From assembly GCA_036172245.1 (NCBI GenBank), contig JAYWIR010000006.1:2356001-2420000 (forward strand): DNA of 64,000 bases, given 5' to 3'. Shown here one piece after another: positions 1 to 12,435 of this stretch (position 1 is the stretch's first letter; each line of letters opens with the position of its first letter). The position numbers and the translations under genes are program-made. Under the pieces are notes generated by a model. The model was not told where the DNA came from, did no database searches, and saw nothing but the letters and a program-made list of their open reading frames with translations. The DNA is from Raillietiella orientalis (Eukaryota).

Positions 1-1469
1 ACCAATTGCTACCAGGACACAGCTGATTTCGCCCACCAACACGATTGCCAGTGCGGATCGCATTCGCCGAATGACTCACATTCCTGCATCAAAGCCGGTG
101 GTCCACCGTGGTTTCGTGTGCCCGTAGATCCCAAGTTTTGCGATGAAATTATTTACTGGCGGAGCATCACATCATCGTTCTTACAACGCTGTTCATTCAC
201 CCAAACGACCGCAAGGTCACCAAACGTGTTTCCAGGAAGCGTAGAGCGCACGTGATGAACAGTCTCACACATTCAAGAGATGATGCGTAGTAACTGAATT
301 CTTCGATGCCGGATCCAGATCACCTACGCTTGTATTGTAGGGGGCTAATGTTCTGGAGGTACACATCCTACAGTGCAGCAGATCGTGTACGCATTAGTTA
401 CCGCTTCTTTGAAGGGAAAAACAAAAACGAAAACGGTGCTGAACGCATGAATCATTTAAGCCACCGTCATCCTTCATTCTTTTCAACTGGATTCATCAGT
501 TCTCTCCATGTACCAGTAGAGTCATATTTTGGTTCTTCTCGAAAGAGGTCAAAAAAAATACTATGTATATGTTTATGCACATGCAAGTATTTGCTTATGC
601 GTTTTACGTTTCATTAAGTAATGAAAAGCCGACATAAAGGTCAGAGAAATGACCATAAACATCGAAACGTGATGAGCATAAATATCAAACGTTTCTCGCA
701 AATCCACGCTCACACCGATCAGGATTAAGAAACAATGGTGTCATTAAATTTAAATCCCTTATGTAAAATGGACTTGATCAGCAGAATAGACAGTACTATA
801 AACTTGGAATAATCAATACTTATTGCTCAGGCACAATGACGGTAACAGTAGATTGGGGAGAATACACTTATTTTCAGAGCCTCGAAGGTTCAACAGTCAT
901 ATGGTGCCATCCTTTTCATTCGTGAAGAAACCAACACCTCTAAAGTGAGCAATTAATGGAAATTGAAATCAAATCAACAACAAAAAAAGAAAAGTGCCTG
1001 TTTCTTTTGAACGAGTTCCTGAACAAGTTCCTTTTGAAACCTGGATGTTCCACCTGACCGCTTTGATCCATTTACTTTGAAACGGAGTCAAAAGCTCCAG
1101 AGAAATTGTGGCAAGGCGTGCGGAATGAAAGTTTTTCCCGTCATCTTCCCGGCGTTCCAATATGCAAAACGCAAATTCCCCTACGCGGTTTTCTGCCAAG
1201 GCAGCAGCGAACATTCTGTTTTTCATTGGAAACACTGTTTCACTGTTCCCACTTGCTGTTTTATGGATTGATTAAGAAATTATGCTTATTCACTTCAGTT
1301 GGAATTCTCTTTTCATTTTAAATGAACTGTAGGCGAGAGCAAAAAGAAGGATAGAGCAAATTTTCGAATTGTAATCTTCAAACACAAAAAACAAGGATAT
1401 CGTTTAATATGGTTTCCTGGATTCCACGTTTAGCTCATGGGTGTCCCGGGAAAGTGCTTTCGTTATCAA

Positions 1470-1507
1470 GCACTAATTTATGAGCTTGTGAGCTCATAAA
1501 TTAGTGC
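1470..1507. repeat. Perfect hairpin, 17-bp stem and 4-nt loop
   Basis: GCACTAATTTATGAGCT-tgtg-AGCTCATAAATTAGTGC. Confidence 0.95.
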
Positions 1508-2699
1508 CCTGAAGATGAGTAATATTATTGTGAAGACCTTGCTTTTGAGAGCGGACTCGAAGGGATCGAAGGGCGTAGTACTGAATACATAAAACTCCTT
1601 ATTCTTTTTCTTATTTCGAAATCATTTATGTAGAGAGTACTCCACTGTCTGTTTGTATTTATTCTGTGATTCAACAAACATCTCTTGAAAAGATGAGAAT
1701 CCATCCAAATAGCTTTCGCCTCCTCATCCAAGGCCCCCCATTCGTTGTTTGTGTCTCCATTTGAATCCTGGCACGTAAGTAAACTTGTTTCTTTGTGTGA
1801 GCATCATTTCACTTCCTGTTGCATCGGAAGTTTCGTCGACGGAAAGGAATATTTTGAACAACAGTAAATGGCATTTGTTTTCCATACAATGCATTCACGA
1901 TCATGGAAGTCCCGTTATTTCATTTCTATCACACGAGTCCATCGAAGCATGACACTCATACATACAATCACGCGCCACGAGAGTACATTGAAAACTCCTA
2001 CTCGTCTATCATCTATTTTTCCTTTCAATGTTTCTTACTTGTGTCCCCAGTCCCCATAACTTAGTAAATCTTATTAGTGTGAATTGCATATGACTTTTGC
2101 GTTGTTTCTGCAATTTTCCTGCAGAAGGATCGTTCTGAAACCCATATGAAACCACTTCTGGAACTCATTGACTTTTTTTCCTGGTAATCACTAATAGACA
2201 AAAGAAACAAAAAAAAAGGCAAGGTTACCAATAGTTCAGACTCCATCAGAACGCCCAACCGCAAAATAATCAAATACCTTGAATTGGAAATCCGCAACGA
2301 GGAACAGGATAATACGCGAGGAGAGCTCCCATTTTTTTTGCCTTTCTAAAAATACGGTATTACATCTTGGTAGATTATCTCATCATTTTTTATACCACTC
2401 TTATTCAATCGTACATCCACCGCCTCTAAACACATTGCCTCGGAGCTCGTAACGGATATGTTGGAAACCAAAGCGCTCACTTCCGATGGGTTGTGCCAGG
2501 AGGCTGAGTGTCTCTGTCTGCGCCAAGCTGAGCATCCGACTGAGAATTCCAGAAAATTCGAACGGGATATCGACATCGTTCCAGAATTATCCTCGATGCA
2601 CACACGTCGCACTTGCTTGAGGGCTGCAACACCCCGGAAAGGGCGATGCGCTTGTCGACAGGGTGATTCGGGAGAAGCATTCTCCTTGACGACACGTAA

Positions 2700-3260
2700 G
2701 TGTTGCAAGAACACGACTGTGTGCAGAGACAGGATGCGTATACAGCACAGAGGGCGCTGAAGGTAATCTGATGAGCTTTGGAGCTGCTGCGGAGTCTTTG
2801 AAACCGCTCCTCTTTCTGGTGGCATCGGCTGGTTCCGTTGCGCTGTGGTAGATTCAGTCGAAAAGCAGCATCAACGGAAAAAAAGCATCCTCGTCCTCCT
2901 CCTCCGGTATATGAGTCCTTCAGATCTTCACTCGAGTTCCTTTTCCTGGAGCCGTGATCGAGTGGAAAGGGGCGCCCCCTCCACGCTCAACCACAATTGT
3001 GCCAACACCTGGGCGATCACTGTTTTTGCTGCTAATTGCAAACAGCAGTGCCCCCGCTGAAGTTCGCGGCCAGGTTCGCATGGGAGCGATCCCGCACACC
3101 ATCTCGTCGGGTTGCTTCCTTCTCCGGTCTGCTGTTTCTCGGAGTTCAGACAGGGTCAGCAGAATGTTCGCGATGCTTTCGCACAGTCAACGGATACCCG
3201 ATTCAGGAACAGCATGGATGGGAGTTGAAGGAGTTTACCAAAAGACCAGGAAGAATCGGT
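2700..3260 (-). mobile_element. Decayed APE endonuclease remnant of a non-LTR retrotransposon
   Basis: Minus-strand frames give VNSFN, ELRET (LQET-like) and RPGVGTIV (RGVAIL-like) in APE order; frameshifted. Confidence 0.4.
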
Positions 3261-3884
3261 CCAAAGGGGGAGAGTGGAAAAGGACGATGCACTTTCGTTT
3301 CCGTCGTCGAGTTCGTTGCACCGTCGTCAGATGGCAGCTTTCGCAGGGAAACAGTTACCAGAAAACGTGCTAGCAGGACTCCCCACAACGCATGAAACTG
3401 CCGCTCCTGGCTGCTGGGTTCTTTCAACTGCCTGCAAGCTTTCGTTCCTGTTTTCGGGAAGGAACCCCTTATAAGGATACCGCTCCGTTCCCATGGAAAG
3501 GCGGTCATCCCAACTGGGGTAAATGAAGATTTGTTAGCTTGGCTGGCAGCCGTCGCAGTAGGGCAAAATGGATCGTTTCCGTCTGTGAACGGACTGAAAT
3601 CCAGACATGACACTCAGGATGCGCAGGGAAAGCACACACACAGGAAGGGAAAAAAAAGCAAAGAAAAACGGAAATGTACCAGAAGCCTTTGATGAATGTG
3701 CAAGCTCACTGGACCACTGCCGGCACTTCTGCAAACATTTGTTCTTGTCTTTTGGACAGCCTCGCTGAAAGGCTCCCCTTAGTAGACTACCTGCGAGAAG
3801 AACGAGAAGGACGAGGGACGAGAAGGACACTCAAGAAGAACGAGGGGTTCACGAAGCCGTTTAACGCTGTCCACGCCGCCCGGT

Positions 3885-4300
3885 TGTGTGTGCTGACTCT
3901 TTAAGTTTGGGGACCCTATGAATCTAGGGAGGAGAAAGGAGTCCTTTCCTCCTGCGCTTGGTAGGGGAATCCCCGAGAAAACCCTCACCCTGGTTGTTCT
4001 CCGGAGAAATCCCCCGGAGAAGGATCCGCTTCTCGTTTCTTCTCCGAGGAGAACCCCGAAGGGACGCTTCCGAATTTCTCTGAAGGGCACCGTCTCCCGA
4101 AGGGAATGGCTCTCTTCTCTATCACTCTGGAGAGGCAACCCCCGTAGGCTCGGCTCAACCAGCCCTGTGGCACGCGATGGAGAGTCCCGCCCGATGTGGG
4201 ACGGCTCTGTTCTCTGAGTAGAGGGTAATCGCAAAGAGAACCGGTGCTTTTTGAGGAGTCCGGAAGGACCCCGGAGGGTTGACCCGGAGGATCAACTTTT
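3885..4300 (-). mobile_element. SINE family A, headless (5'-truncated) copy
   Basis: Colinear similarity to 19510-20162 and 49240-49850, e.g. GGATCCGCTTCTCGTTTCTTCTCCGAGGAGAACCCCGAAGGGACGCTTCCGAATTTCTC; shared terminus GACTCTTTAAGTT. Confidence 0.85.
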
Positions 4301-7300
4301 AATCCTGACTTCTTCTCCGTAGATGGTCCGCGGTGAGCCATTAAGAACAGATTGGTTCAGACGTCCGGCGAGGATCTCCCGAAGGGGTCGCAGCCTTCCC
4401 CTATGGCAACCGAAGAGCAAAGAGGAGCTCGACAGACGTCCAGGGGTCGATAGGGCCGCAAAAGCAGCACCAGGGGTGTGGCAGCTGGCAGTCACCATCC
4501 CTCTTCGGGGGAGGGGATGCTGGATGCGGGGAGGACGACCCCTTGCCGAGGCGAGACCCGGCCGAGAGGAGTAGCGTTCCGCCGGGGGTCCACGGAGGAC
4601 TCGTGCCCGCAGCTTGCTCTGCTTCTTCGGCAGAAGCCCCGACATATGCCGACAAACTGTACTATCCTCCGTAGGGCCGGGGAAGAGCCCTGTTCCCGCC
4701 CCTCGGCCGGAAGCTCAAGATGCAGATGCGTCTTCCTTGGACGGTCGGCGGCGGCGGCGGCTCGCAGTTCGTCCCGTCCGGTGCTCAGCGAGCGCTCTGG
4801 AAGCGTCGCGGATCTAGCACGGTCGAGGGATCGAGGACCCGGCTCACGAAGACTTTCCCCTCGGGACCCTGACTTCCCGGGCGGTCTGCCCTTCTCCCTA
4901 AACTGCGGGCAGTGGTGCAGCTGGAGGGCGAGCGAACTCAGCAGTCCAGCATCGGCTTCCGTCGTCCAGCTGCAAGGTAGAAGATGCTGTTTATGTGGCC
5001 ATCGCGTCGAGCCGCTCTGACTCGCGTCCGCCCCCCAGGAGACCTGAGGAGCCCCTCCTCTCCCCGGTACGCCGTCTCTGCGCAGACCGCGGGGCCGCTC
5101 CTCCCTCCTCGGGGGCTTCCTCCTTTCTGCCTCGAAGAAAAGTCTCCCTTTCCCGCCTTTCCCGGAGGTCGCTACGGCGACGGCGGGTCGGAGGAACCCC
5201 TGAACCCCTTGAGCCGCTAAAAGAAAGGAACGCGGTCGCTCCCCTCCTCCACCGAGGGGTCGAAGGCCCCCTTTCCCGCCTGGGAGCGGAGGGACCTCCC
5301 GAAGGCCACGGGACGGATGTCGAAGACCTGCGGGGGGAGTGGAGCGTTCTAGATGCCCTCGGTGGGAGAAGTCGCGAAGGAGTGCCTCTCCTCTCCCCCT
5401 CGAAAGAGGTCCGGGAATCCATCGCCTGGTCCTGCTCAGGGTCCGCGCTTTATTGGGGGAGGGCAGCATAGAGAAACCCCGCGGGGGAGCAGGCGCAAGC
5501 CGTTCCTTGCTTCCTGGAGGACCTTGACCCCCTACGTGTCCCTTCCAGACCAGGTCTTTCTTCTCTGGAATCCGGGGGACCGGCGAGGAGCGGCGCCGGG
5601 AAGCTTCCGCGCCATCCTCCGCAGCTTGCGTGCCTCCAGGGTGGGTCCAGAGGTGACCCTCCCTGGCGAGGTTGGGAGGTCATGTGCTTCCAGGGCGTCC
5701 CGTCGTGGGACACTTGGAGTCGGGATAGGGAGCGGATTCCCAGCTGGAGGTAGGGTAAGCGCGGCATAGGGTAGTCGCGGCTCCTTACTTCCGTTCTCGC
5801 TGCCCCTCCCCCGCTTCCCTGCGTCTGTTTGCGCGAGAGCCACTGGAAAATTTCAGAAGGATTTTGAACCCGCCGGGTTGCGCCCAGAGACTGCTCCTGC
5901 GTACCTCCTGTCCACTCCGGGACCCCAGGATCGGTCGCCATTCCCACCAGGGTCATATCTCTCGGATCCTGCCGCGTGACGCCCCTCTTTCTACTCTCCG
6001 CCGACCGAGGAGCCTGCAGGCAGGGACGGCCCTGATCCGGGTGCGTCTCCTCCCCTCGAACTCGAGCGCCGCCCATCTTCAGGGCCCGGCTGGTAGGCGG
6101 GTCGCCGCTCGCTTTCCGGCGGGATTCCTGCTTGCGTGGTTTCGCCGCCCAGGGCAATCAAGGCCCCGTTCCTCCTGCCCGGGTAATGATCCTCTGGAGG
6201 AGCCGACGGTCGGAGTTTCGGAGCTCAGGCGAGGCGGGCTGGCTAGGGGCGTGAGGACGGGTCGCGGTCACTTCGACCTCGAGGCGTCCACTCACTCGCT
6301 TTGCCGGGCGAGACTGTCCGACTCCCAGCCAGGGCCTCGCCAGGCGAGCCTCTGGCGGATGCCCTGAGGCGGTGATGAAGGCGAGGATGGGGATCTCCGA
6401 AGGAGACCAGAGGTCACCGGAAGATCCGCCCTTTGCTCTGCTCCTGTGATCAGCTTGCGCGTCGGGGTCGCTGCTGACGTTTGGAGGAGTTTCCTTCCTT
6501 CTGGTGGTTATGACCAGGAGCGGCTAGCCACTTTGCTCCGTCGAGTGGTCAGCGTCTCCCATGGACCCGTTTATGTGCTTCTCTTCCTTGCCACTGCTCG
6601 ATGCCGGGGCAAGGGTGGTCCGGACCGTCCAGGAAAAAAAAGGACTCGTTTCCTGGCAGACACCACCTCCGACATCGGTTCGCGGAGAGGGGGCAGGTCC
6701 TCTCCTAATGGCAAAACGCTGAAAGATAGCGGAAGCTGCTCCCTTCGACTTGGTGCCGTCTTGGTGCCAGTCAGTGCTTCAAAGCGAAGACTCCACCGCC
6801 TCTCAGCTGCATCCCTGTCCTGCCGAGAAATGGACGGGATGCGATAGCGCTCTGGAATGACACAGTTTCCTTGAGCAGAAGGCTGATGTCTGGACCGGTT
6901 TCTGCAGGAGCAGATCAGGACGGACGCTTCCAGATCAAGGGATCTCCCTGCTCCTCCTCGGGGAAACGATGAGCATTCACTCTCCTGCCCTCCAGTGCAC
7001 AGTTGTGGAGAGGATCAGAGGGACTGGAGCCCCCTCTAGGGGCTCAAACGCAACTTGGGCCGCGCATGGCACCCGCCTGTGCACTTCGTAGCAGCGCCGC
7101 ATAAGGACGTGCGCCATCGGAAGGTGACGTGTTGCACTTTAGCAGCGGAAGACAGACAGGCGGTTTCCCTTTCCCTTCTCCCTCCCCCCCTTCCATCCCT
7201 CAAGATGGACTAGAGACGAGACGCGGAAGAATGATGCAGCAGACTCCGGGAAGGAGTTCCTCAGAGTTTCCGGAGAGCTTGGCGGATGCGCCCCATTCCA

Positions 7301-9399
7301 GAGGGCTACTCGTGCGTCCTGCGGGGATACTGCATGTGCGTTTCCCGGTGCGCTCTGCTTCACGGGGCTGGCACAAACGTAGGGTTCTCTCGCCGATTCC
7401 GTCATCTCTGGGAGGAACCAGGAAGCCTCCTTTGTCACCTGCTTGTGTCGTCGTCGCCGCCATCGTCCGCAAGTGCGCGTCGCAGGTTCCCATGAGAACT
7501 TTGCGCTCTCCGGACGAAGAGGATAAGTCCGAGCAGCTGACGGTCCTGAGGTACGTCGGGTTGGCTGCCGAATCCCCTCAGAAGCCAAGGACGCGGCTGC
7601 GGGTCGATCGAGGGGGAGCGCGCTGAAAGCTCCAGAGGCCGTTCCGCTCTCAGAGAAGCCATCGCGCGGCAAAGGAAGCAGAAGAAGAGGCAAAGGGAGA
7701 AATCGGAGGAAGGGGGAGATTCGAGACTCCGAGTTCTTCTTCCGTCCTGATTGCCACGGGGCTTCGAACGCAATGCGGCCGCTGACGTACGCGTCGCGCG
7801 GCGGGTTTATCCCGGACCGTCTTGATGCTTCCTCCACGTGGAATTTGCGCGAAGTGCGGATCCACATCCTCCACATCCACCCACCTGCAAGCGCCCGCGA
7901 TGGAGTGATGCGGAGAAGCGGCGGCCCCTCTCGGCAAGATGCGGGAGCCGCGGAGAGCTCTTTGGCCCTCGGCGAACATGAGCGCGCAAGCGCGCAGTCG
8001 GGCATCTAGGTAGCGTGTGCGCTGCTGCGTGGCCCGCGCCTGTGCTCTGTGAGGACGTACGCAAGGTCTGATGGGACCGAGCGTTGTTCTCAGCCATCTT
8101 CCACAGTCTGTGTTCACATGAACGGTGGCACTCGCCAATTGGAGCTCCTCTCCCCTGCTTCTATCTAAGGACTCTGCCACCATCCAGTTCTTGTTTAGGG
8201 TCCAGTCAACTGGCCTGAACGACTCGAATAGTCCTTTCTACAGAAAAGGACACGAGGGGACGGCTGCAACCAGAATGGCTGTCTGCTGGAATGCGATCCC
8301 CCGAAGTCAGACGCAGCATCCCAATCCAAAAAAACCTTAAATCCAACTGCCGAGCACTGTAGCATTTCGATTTTCTCCCAGTGTCACCAATCACCGGATG
8401 GTCCGTGAGGTCACTTTCATAAGCTACGTGGAAAGGGAGGAACGCACCCCGTTTTCTTTCGCATGTTCCTCATGGTCCGTCATGCACCGCAGGAAGTCGT
8501 CCCTCTTTCAAGCAACCCGTGGCGACGAGGGAGTGTCCGAATCGCTGGGGCAGCTGAAATCTCAGCTGCCTTTCCTTGACACCCGGATTGCCCCTTGATG
8601 ATGTGCATGAGAAAACACAGGTCACGTGGAAACCAACGTCAGCACTCTGACAGCCTGCCTGAGCGTGTCGGAACGACTGCTATACCGCCGACTACAAAGA
8701 TCGCTGCGATCTACCTTCAGGAAAACAATCCGCGGATTCTGGAACGCAAATGGCTGCTTCAACAGAGGTCTCCTTGAAGGAACGAAGAGCTCCCTTTAGA
8801 ACTTGGTGGTGCTTGCTGCACATATGCTCCGTGTTGCTCTTCCACCATTCTCACCTTTCGCTCTTCAGGTAACGAGAGGTTCGTGCTGGCGGAGCTTTCA
8901 GGGCGCTTGCGGCTACTCCAAAAAGACGCTCCTGGAGGACGGCGTCATGTTCCCCGAATGCGGAGCGATGCGTGCTGTCACCCTTGCAGACTGCTCCACC
9001 CGGGTGGTGGTTGCCAGGACAATGACGTCCAATCGACACTCCGTGAGCTTCGAAGTACCGCCTCGACGCTGCCTGCCTGCAGGCCCACGAGCCTGCTGTG
9101 GAGAGTACGTTCCACGGGCCGCAAGCGCGCATACGGGCCGATGCTTCTTTGCAGAAGAGGAGATCTGGTTTGGGAGTGGTCGGTTGAGTGTCCTCCTCCA
9201 ACACTGTCACCGGCATTTCGCAGGGACGGCGAGCGTCCGGGACGGCGGTTCGAATGTTCCTCCGAAGCACCGAGCTGTGGATGTGCTGCTCTCAGGCCAC
9301 CACGTCTCTCTCTGCCTTGGTTGGTCCCGTCGCAGCGCCCCCTCAGGGCGGGACGTGACATCCGGATGCGCCGACGCGCGTTTCCTGTAACTTGTAGAG

Positions 9400-11920
9400 A
9401 GAAACGTACAAGAACAAACACACAAAAGAATGACAGAGTGGGACGCCAGGTTCAACCAGAGTCCAAAGAATTCTGACAGGAAGCCAACCGTGAAAGTGGC
9501 CAGTGAGGGTAGCTTGGGAGAAGGGGGGGAAGGGGATGTTACATGCAGAAATGCGAAAAAATATACAGCTGCCTGCATGGGGAGAAGAGGGGTAGAAGGT
9601 AGTCGGAAATCCCTGGAGTTTATCAGGTGCAGGATTCTGGCAAGCTCAACGCTAAAGGTCACCTGGTGATCTTTAGCATGGAAGCCCTCCACATGAAACA
9701 GGAATTTTTCTTTGGGAAAATTCAGGGTCCAGCGATCACTCAGGCGTCGCCGGAACGCACCATCACGCGTACAGAGCGGGCGACGGATACCGAGTTCCCA
9801 CATCACCCCATCCTCTCTCAGAACTTGTGGACCCCGAAGTTTTCGAAAAAGGAGTGAGGGATCCCGCATGGGCCTGTTGATGGCACCCCTGAGCATGAAA
9901 AGAAAGGGAGAGAGGCAGCCGGCGATACCTGCCTTCCTTCCTTTCCCGCGCCTCGACCTTCACAAAGCCCACGGGGTCATTCGATGTCTTCCGGGTCGTC
10001 GCAGGCCCGCTCCAGCCATTCGAACGAGCGAGAGAGAAGGTCGACCGGACGCGACCCTCAGCCTGTCCAGGTTTTCCAGAGACCTTCCGGACCGCACAGG
10101 GGACTCGGACGGTCACTTCCACCGAAACACTGGGGAGTCATCTTGCTCGGGACCTTGCGGAGTGCGCGATGGAGCAGCTCTAAGAGAGAGGGGGGACGCC
10201 GGCAGAGACACCTCACATGCACCGGGACTATCCTCTAGAAGAGGGAATGATGAGAGGAGCTGCGCGCCATCGAAGAAGTGGTACCATGAGACTTCCGACC
10301 CAGTCGTTCTACCTTCACAAAGAGGAGAGAGCCTTCGGAAGGATTTTCGGTCGCTCTGGTTGTTCCGGAAACACTGTAGCAGCTTTGGGTTGAGGGGAAG
10401 ATGTCTTCAGGGACTTCTTGATTCTAGAAAAACCCTTCCAAGGAACCTCCGCCAGCATCATTGCGCATCTTTCGATGCTCCTGTGGGCCTCCGAACGCAG
10501 GAGCACGCTGGTGTTTCGCATTCGACGTGTTTCTCAGGGGGAAGGAGCGAAGGACCGGGACGTCCCGTCGCAGGAGACACGAAGGCCCCGTCCTCCTGGA
10601 ATTTCGTTGGAGTGGTCCCTCCCGCTATAGTTGTTCATTCTGACTGGAGAGCTGGTATGCGCCCCCCAGCGCACGGCGCAGCTCACGCTGGACGTTGGCG
10701 CACTCTAGCGCCGCCTTTTCCGTGCTTTCTGCCTTCGCGCAGGGAGCTCCGAGCCCCCTCCTGAGCGCCTCGCAGTTCTTCAGGTACCGGCAGGCTTTGG
10801 TTGCCACTGATTCTCCCGCAGAAACCGGCACAACTCTGTCGGCGAAGAGGAGAAGCAGTTTCTCACATCGGGGCGGAAATGGTCGTGTTCCTCCCGATGC
10901 CGCTGCCAAGTGTCCGCATCGGCAGGCAGGCAGCGCCGAGTAGGAGTGTTCGTCCCGAGACTCTGGGTGCGACCGGCTTCCGAAGTTTCGAGCCCTCACT
11001 CCCCTGCTCATCCTTCTGGATTTGGCTGCTTGGAGACCACAAGCTCCCGTTCTCCAGCCGGCCTGGTCCAGAAATCGACGGGCCGCCCGTCGATTTCTGG
11101 ACCAGGCCGGCTGGTGACGGTTGCGCCGCTCTCGGCAGAGATCGAGGACGCGCGTCGGAGACGCCTCCCGCATCGAGGGTCATCTGCATGTGCGACGCGT
11201 GCCGCTTCTCTTTGCGAGAGCTGCACAAGAAGCCGAATTCACCCAAACGGAAGCTGCCAAAGCTTCTGAGGATTAGGGTGGGGGAGAGGCATCACAGCAT
11301 ATCGCAGTCTGTGCTTGTGGACCAGTCCCTCCCTGCAACTGCGGGAACCCGCGCTGCATCCAAGAAACCCCTCCTGCCAGCCTGCCTTGATTTCTCGGAA
11401 GCAGCAGGACGGCCAGGTGGACGGAGCAGCGCTGTCCGTGTGGGAGAGGGGAAGAACAAGGCTCCAGTCGCGCACCAGCTGTCGTGGCGAAGACAGCGGA
11501 TTTCGAGGTCAGGCGCGCAGGGACCAAGGCCGCACCAGCGGGGATGAGCGTGCTGTCCAGGGACACCCGAAAGGGAGTGTGAGTTTCCGACGGCAAAATA
11601 GAAGCGTTTCCGGGGCAACTCTTCCATTTATTAGGAACCGGAGCAATGGGTGCTCCCCCCTTCCATCCTCGGCATTTGAATACTTCAGTTCTTGCACTCG
11701 TTCGGCATTTGGCGCGCTGACCGATTTGCGGCTGCACCTTCTGCAGATGGATCGGAGTTTCACTTGCGTGCGGGCATCCCGCATCGTCCCTCAGCAACGA
11801 CTTTCTCCATTGCTCTCATCCGCACATGGACGCTTTTGTCCGTCCTTCAGCATCCAAATCTCCGGAGGAAGATATGGATAGATGGATGCGATGCTCATGA
11901 TAAAATCCCATGGGGTGGGG
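9400..11920 (-). mobile_element. Decayed Tx1/L1-like ORF2 (RT to C-terminus), interrupted
   Basis: FLINGRVAPE...FGCP (RT motif-4-like) near 11.6 kb; ELARILHL near 9.65 kb matches ELAGILHR of the 38.2 kb copy. Confidence 0.5.
11054..11114. repeat. Perfect 61-bp palindrome (30-bp arms, 1-nt spacer)
   Basis: CCAGCCGGCCTGGTCCAGAAATCGACGGGC-c-GCCCGTCGATTTCTGGACCAGGCCGGCTGG. Confidence 0.97.
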
Positions 11921-12379
11921 GCGGGATGGCGATGTCCTTCTGCACTTCTTCCCCTATAAACTGCCCAGAGAGTACTCCGTCTCAGATTTTCAGAATGAAT
12001 GAATAAAGCTGACAATGACGAAGGCTCGGACATGTGTCGTTCCGAGACGAAAGCGCTGGAGACAGGATAAATAGAGCGGGAGGTGGGATGGTTACGTACT
12101 ACGGCAACTCCATCCCACGGTTCCTTAGAACCTCCGTTGGGAGGAGACGGGAAGGGGAGAAAAGAGTGCTACTCACTCTGACCACAGAAGAACTGGAGGA
12201 GTGGGAACCGTCTTTTGTTTGACCTTTTGAAGGGGTCTTTCTGAGGTGGTCCTAAGGGTTCCTGGAGAGAACCTTTGTCAGGTAACGGTGGCCGCACCCG
12301 CCTTCGATCTTGGCGGTCGCCACCGCTCCGGCATGGAGGATGGTCAGGCAGAGAGGCAACCGGAGCGCATTTGTCCGGT

Positions 12380-12435
12380 GGTCACCACCTCAGGGGCATC
12401 TTCGGACGACCGAAGATGCCCCTGAGGTGGTGACC
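12380..12435. repeat. Perfect hairpin, 26-bp stem and 4-nt loop
   Basis: GGTCACCACCTCAGGGGCATCTTCGG-acga-CCGAAGATGCCCCTGAGGTGGTGACC. Confidence 0.97.

Noticed and set aside
4400..8200. Long overlapping ORFs (up to 325 aa)
   Set aside because: GC-rich, Arg/Pro/Ser-rich frames open on both strands with no recognisable domain; likely spurious or decayed ORF1/UTR
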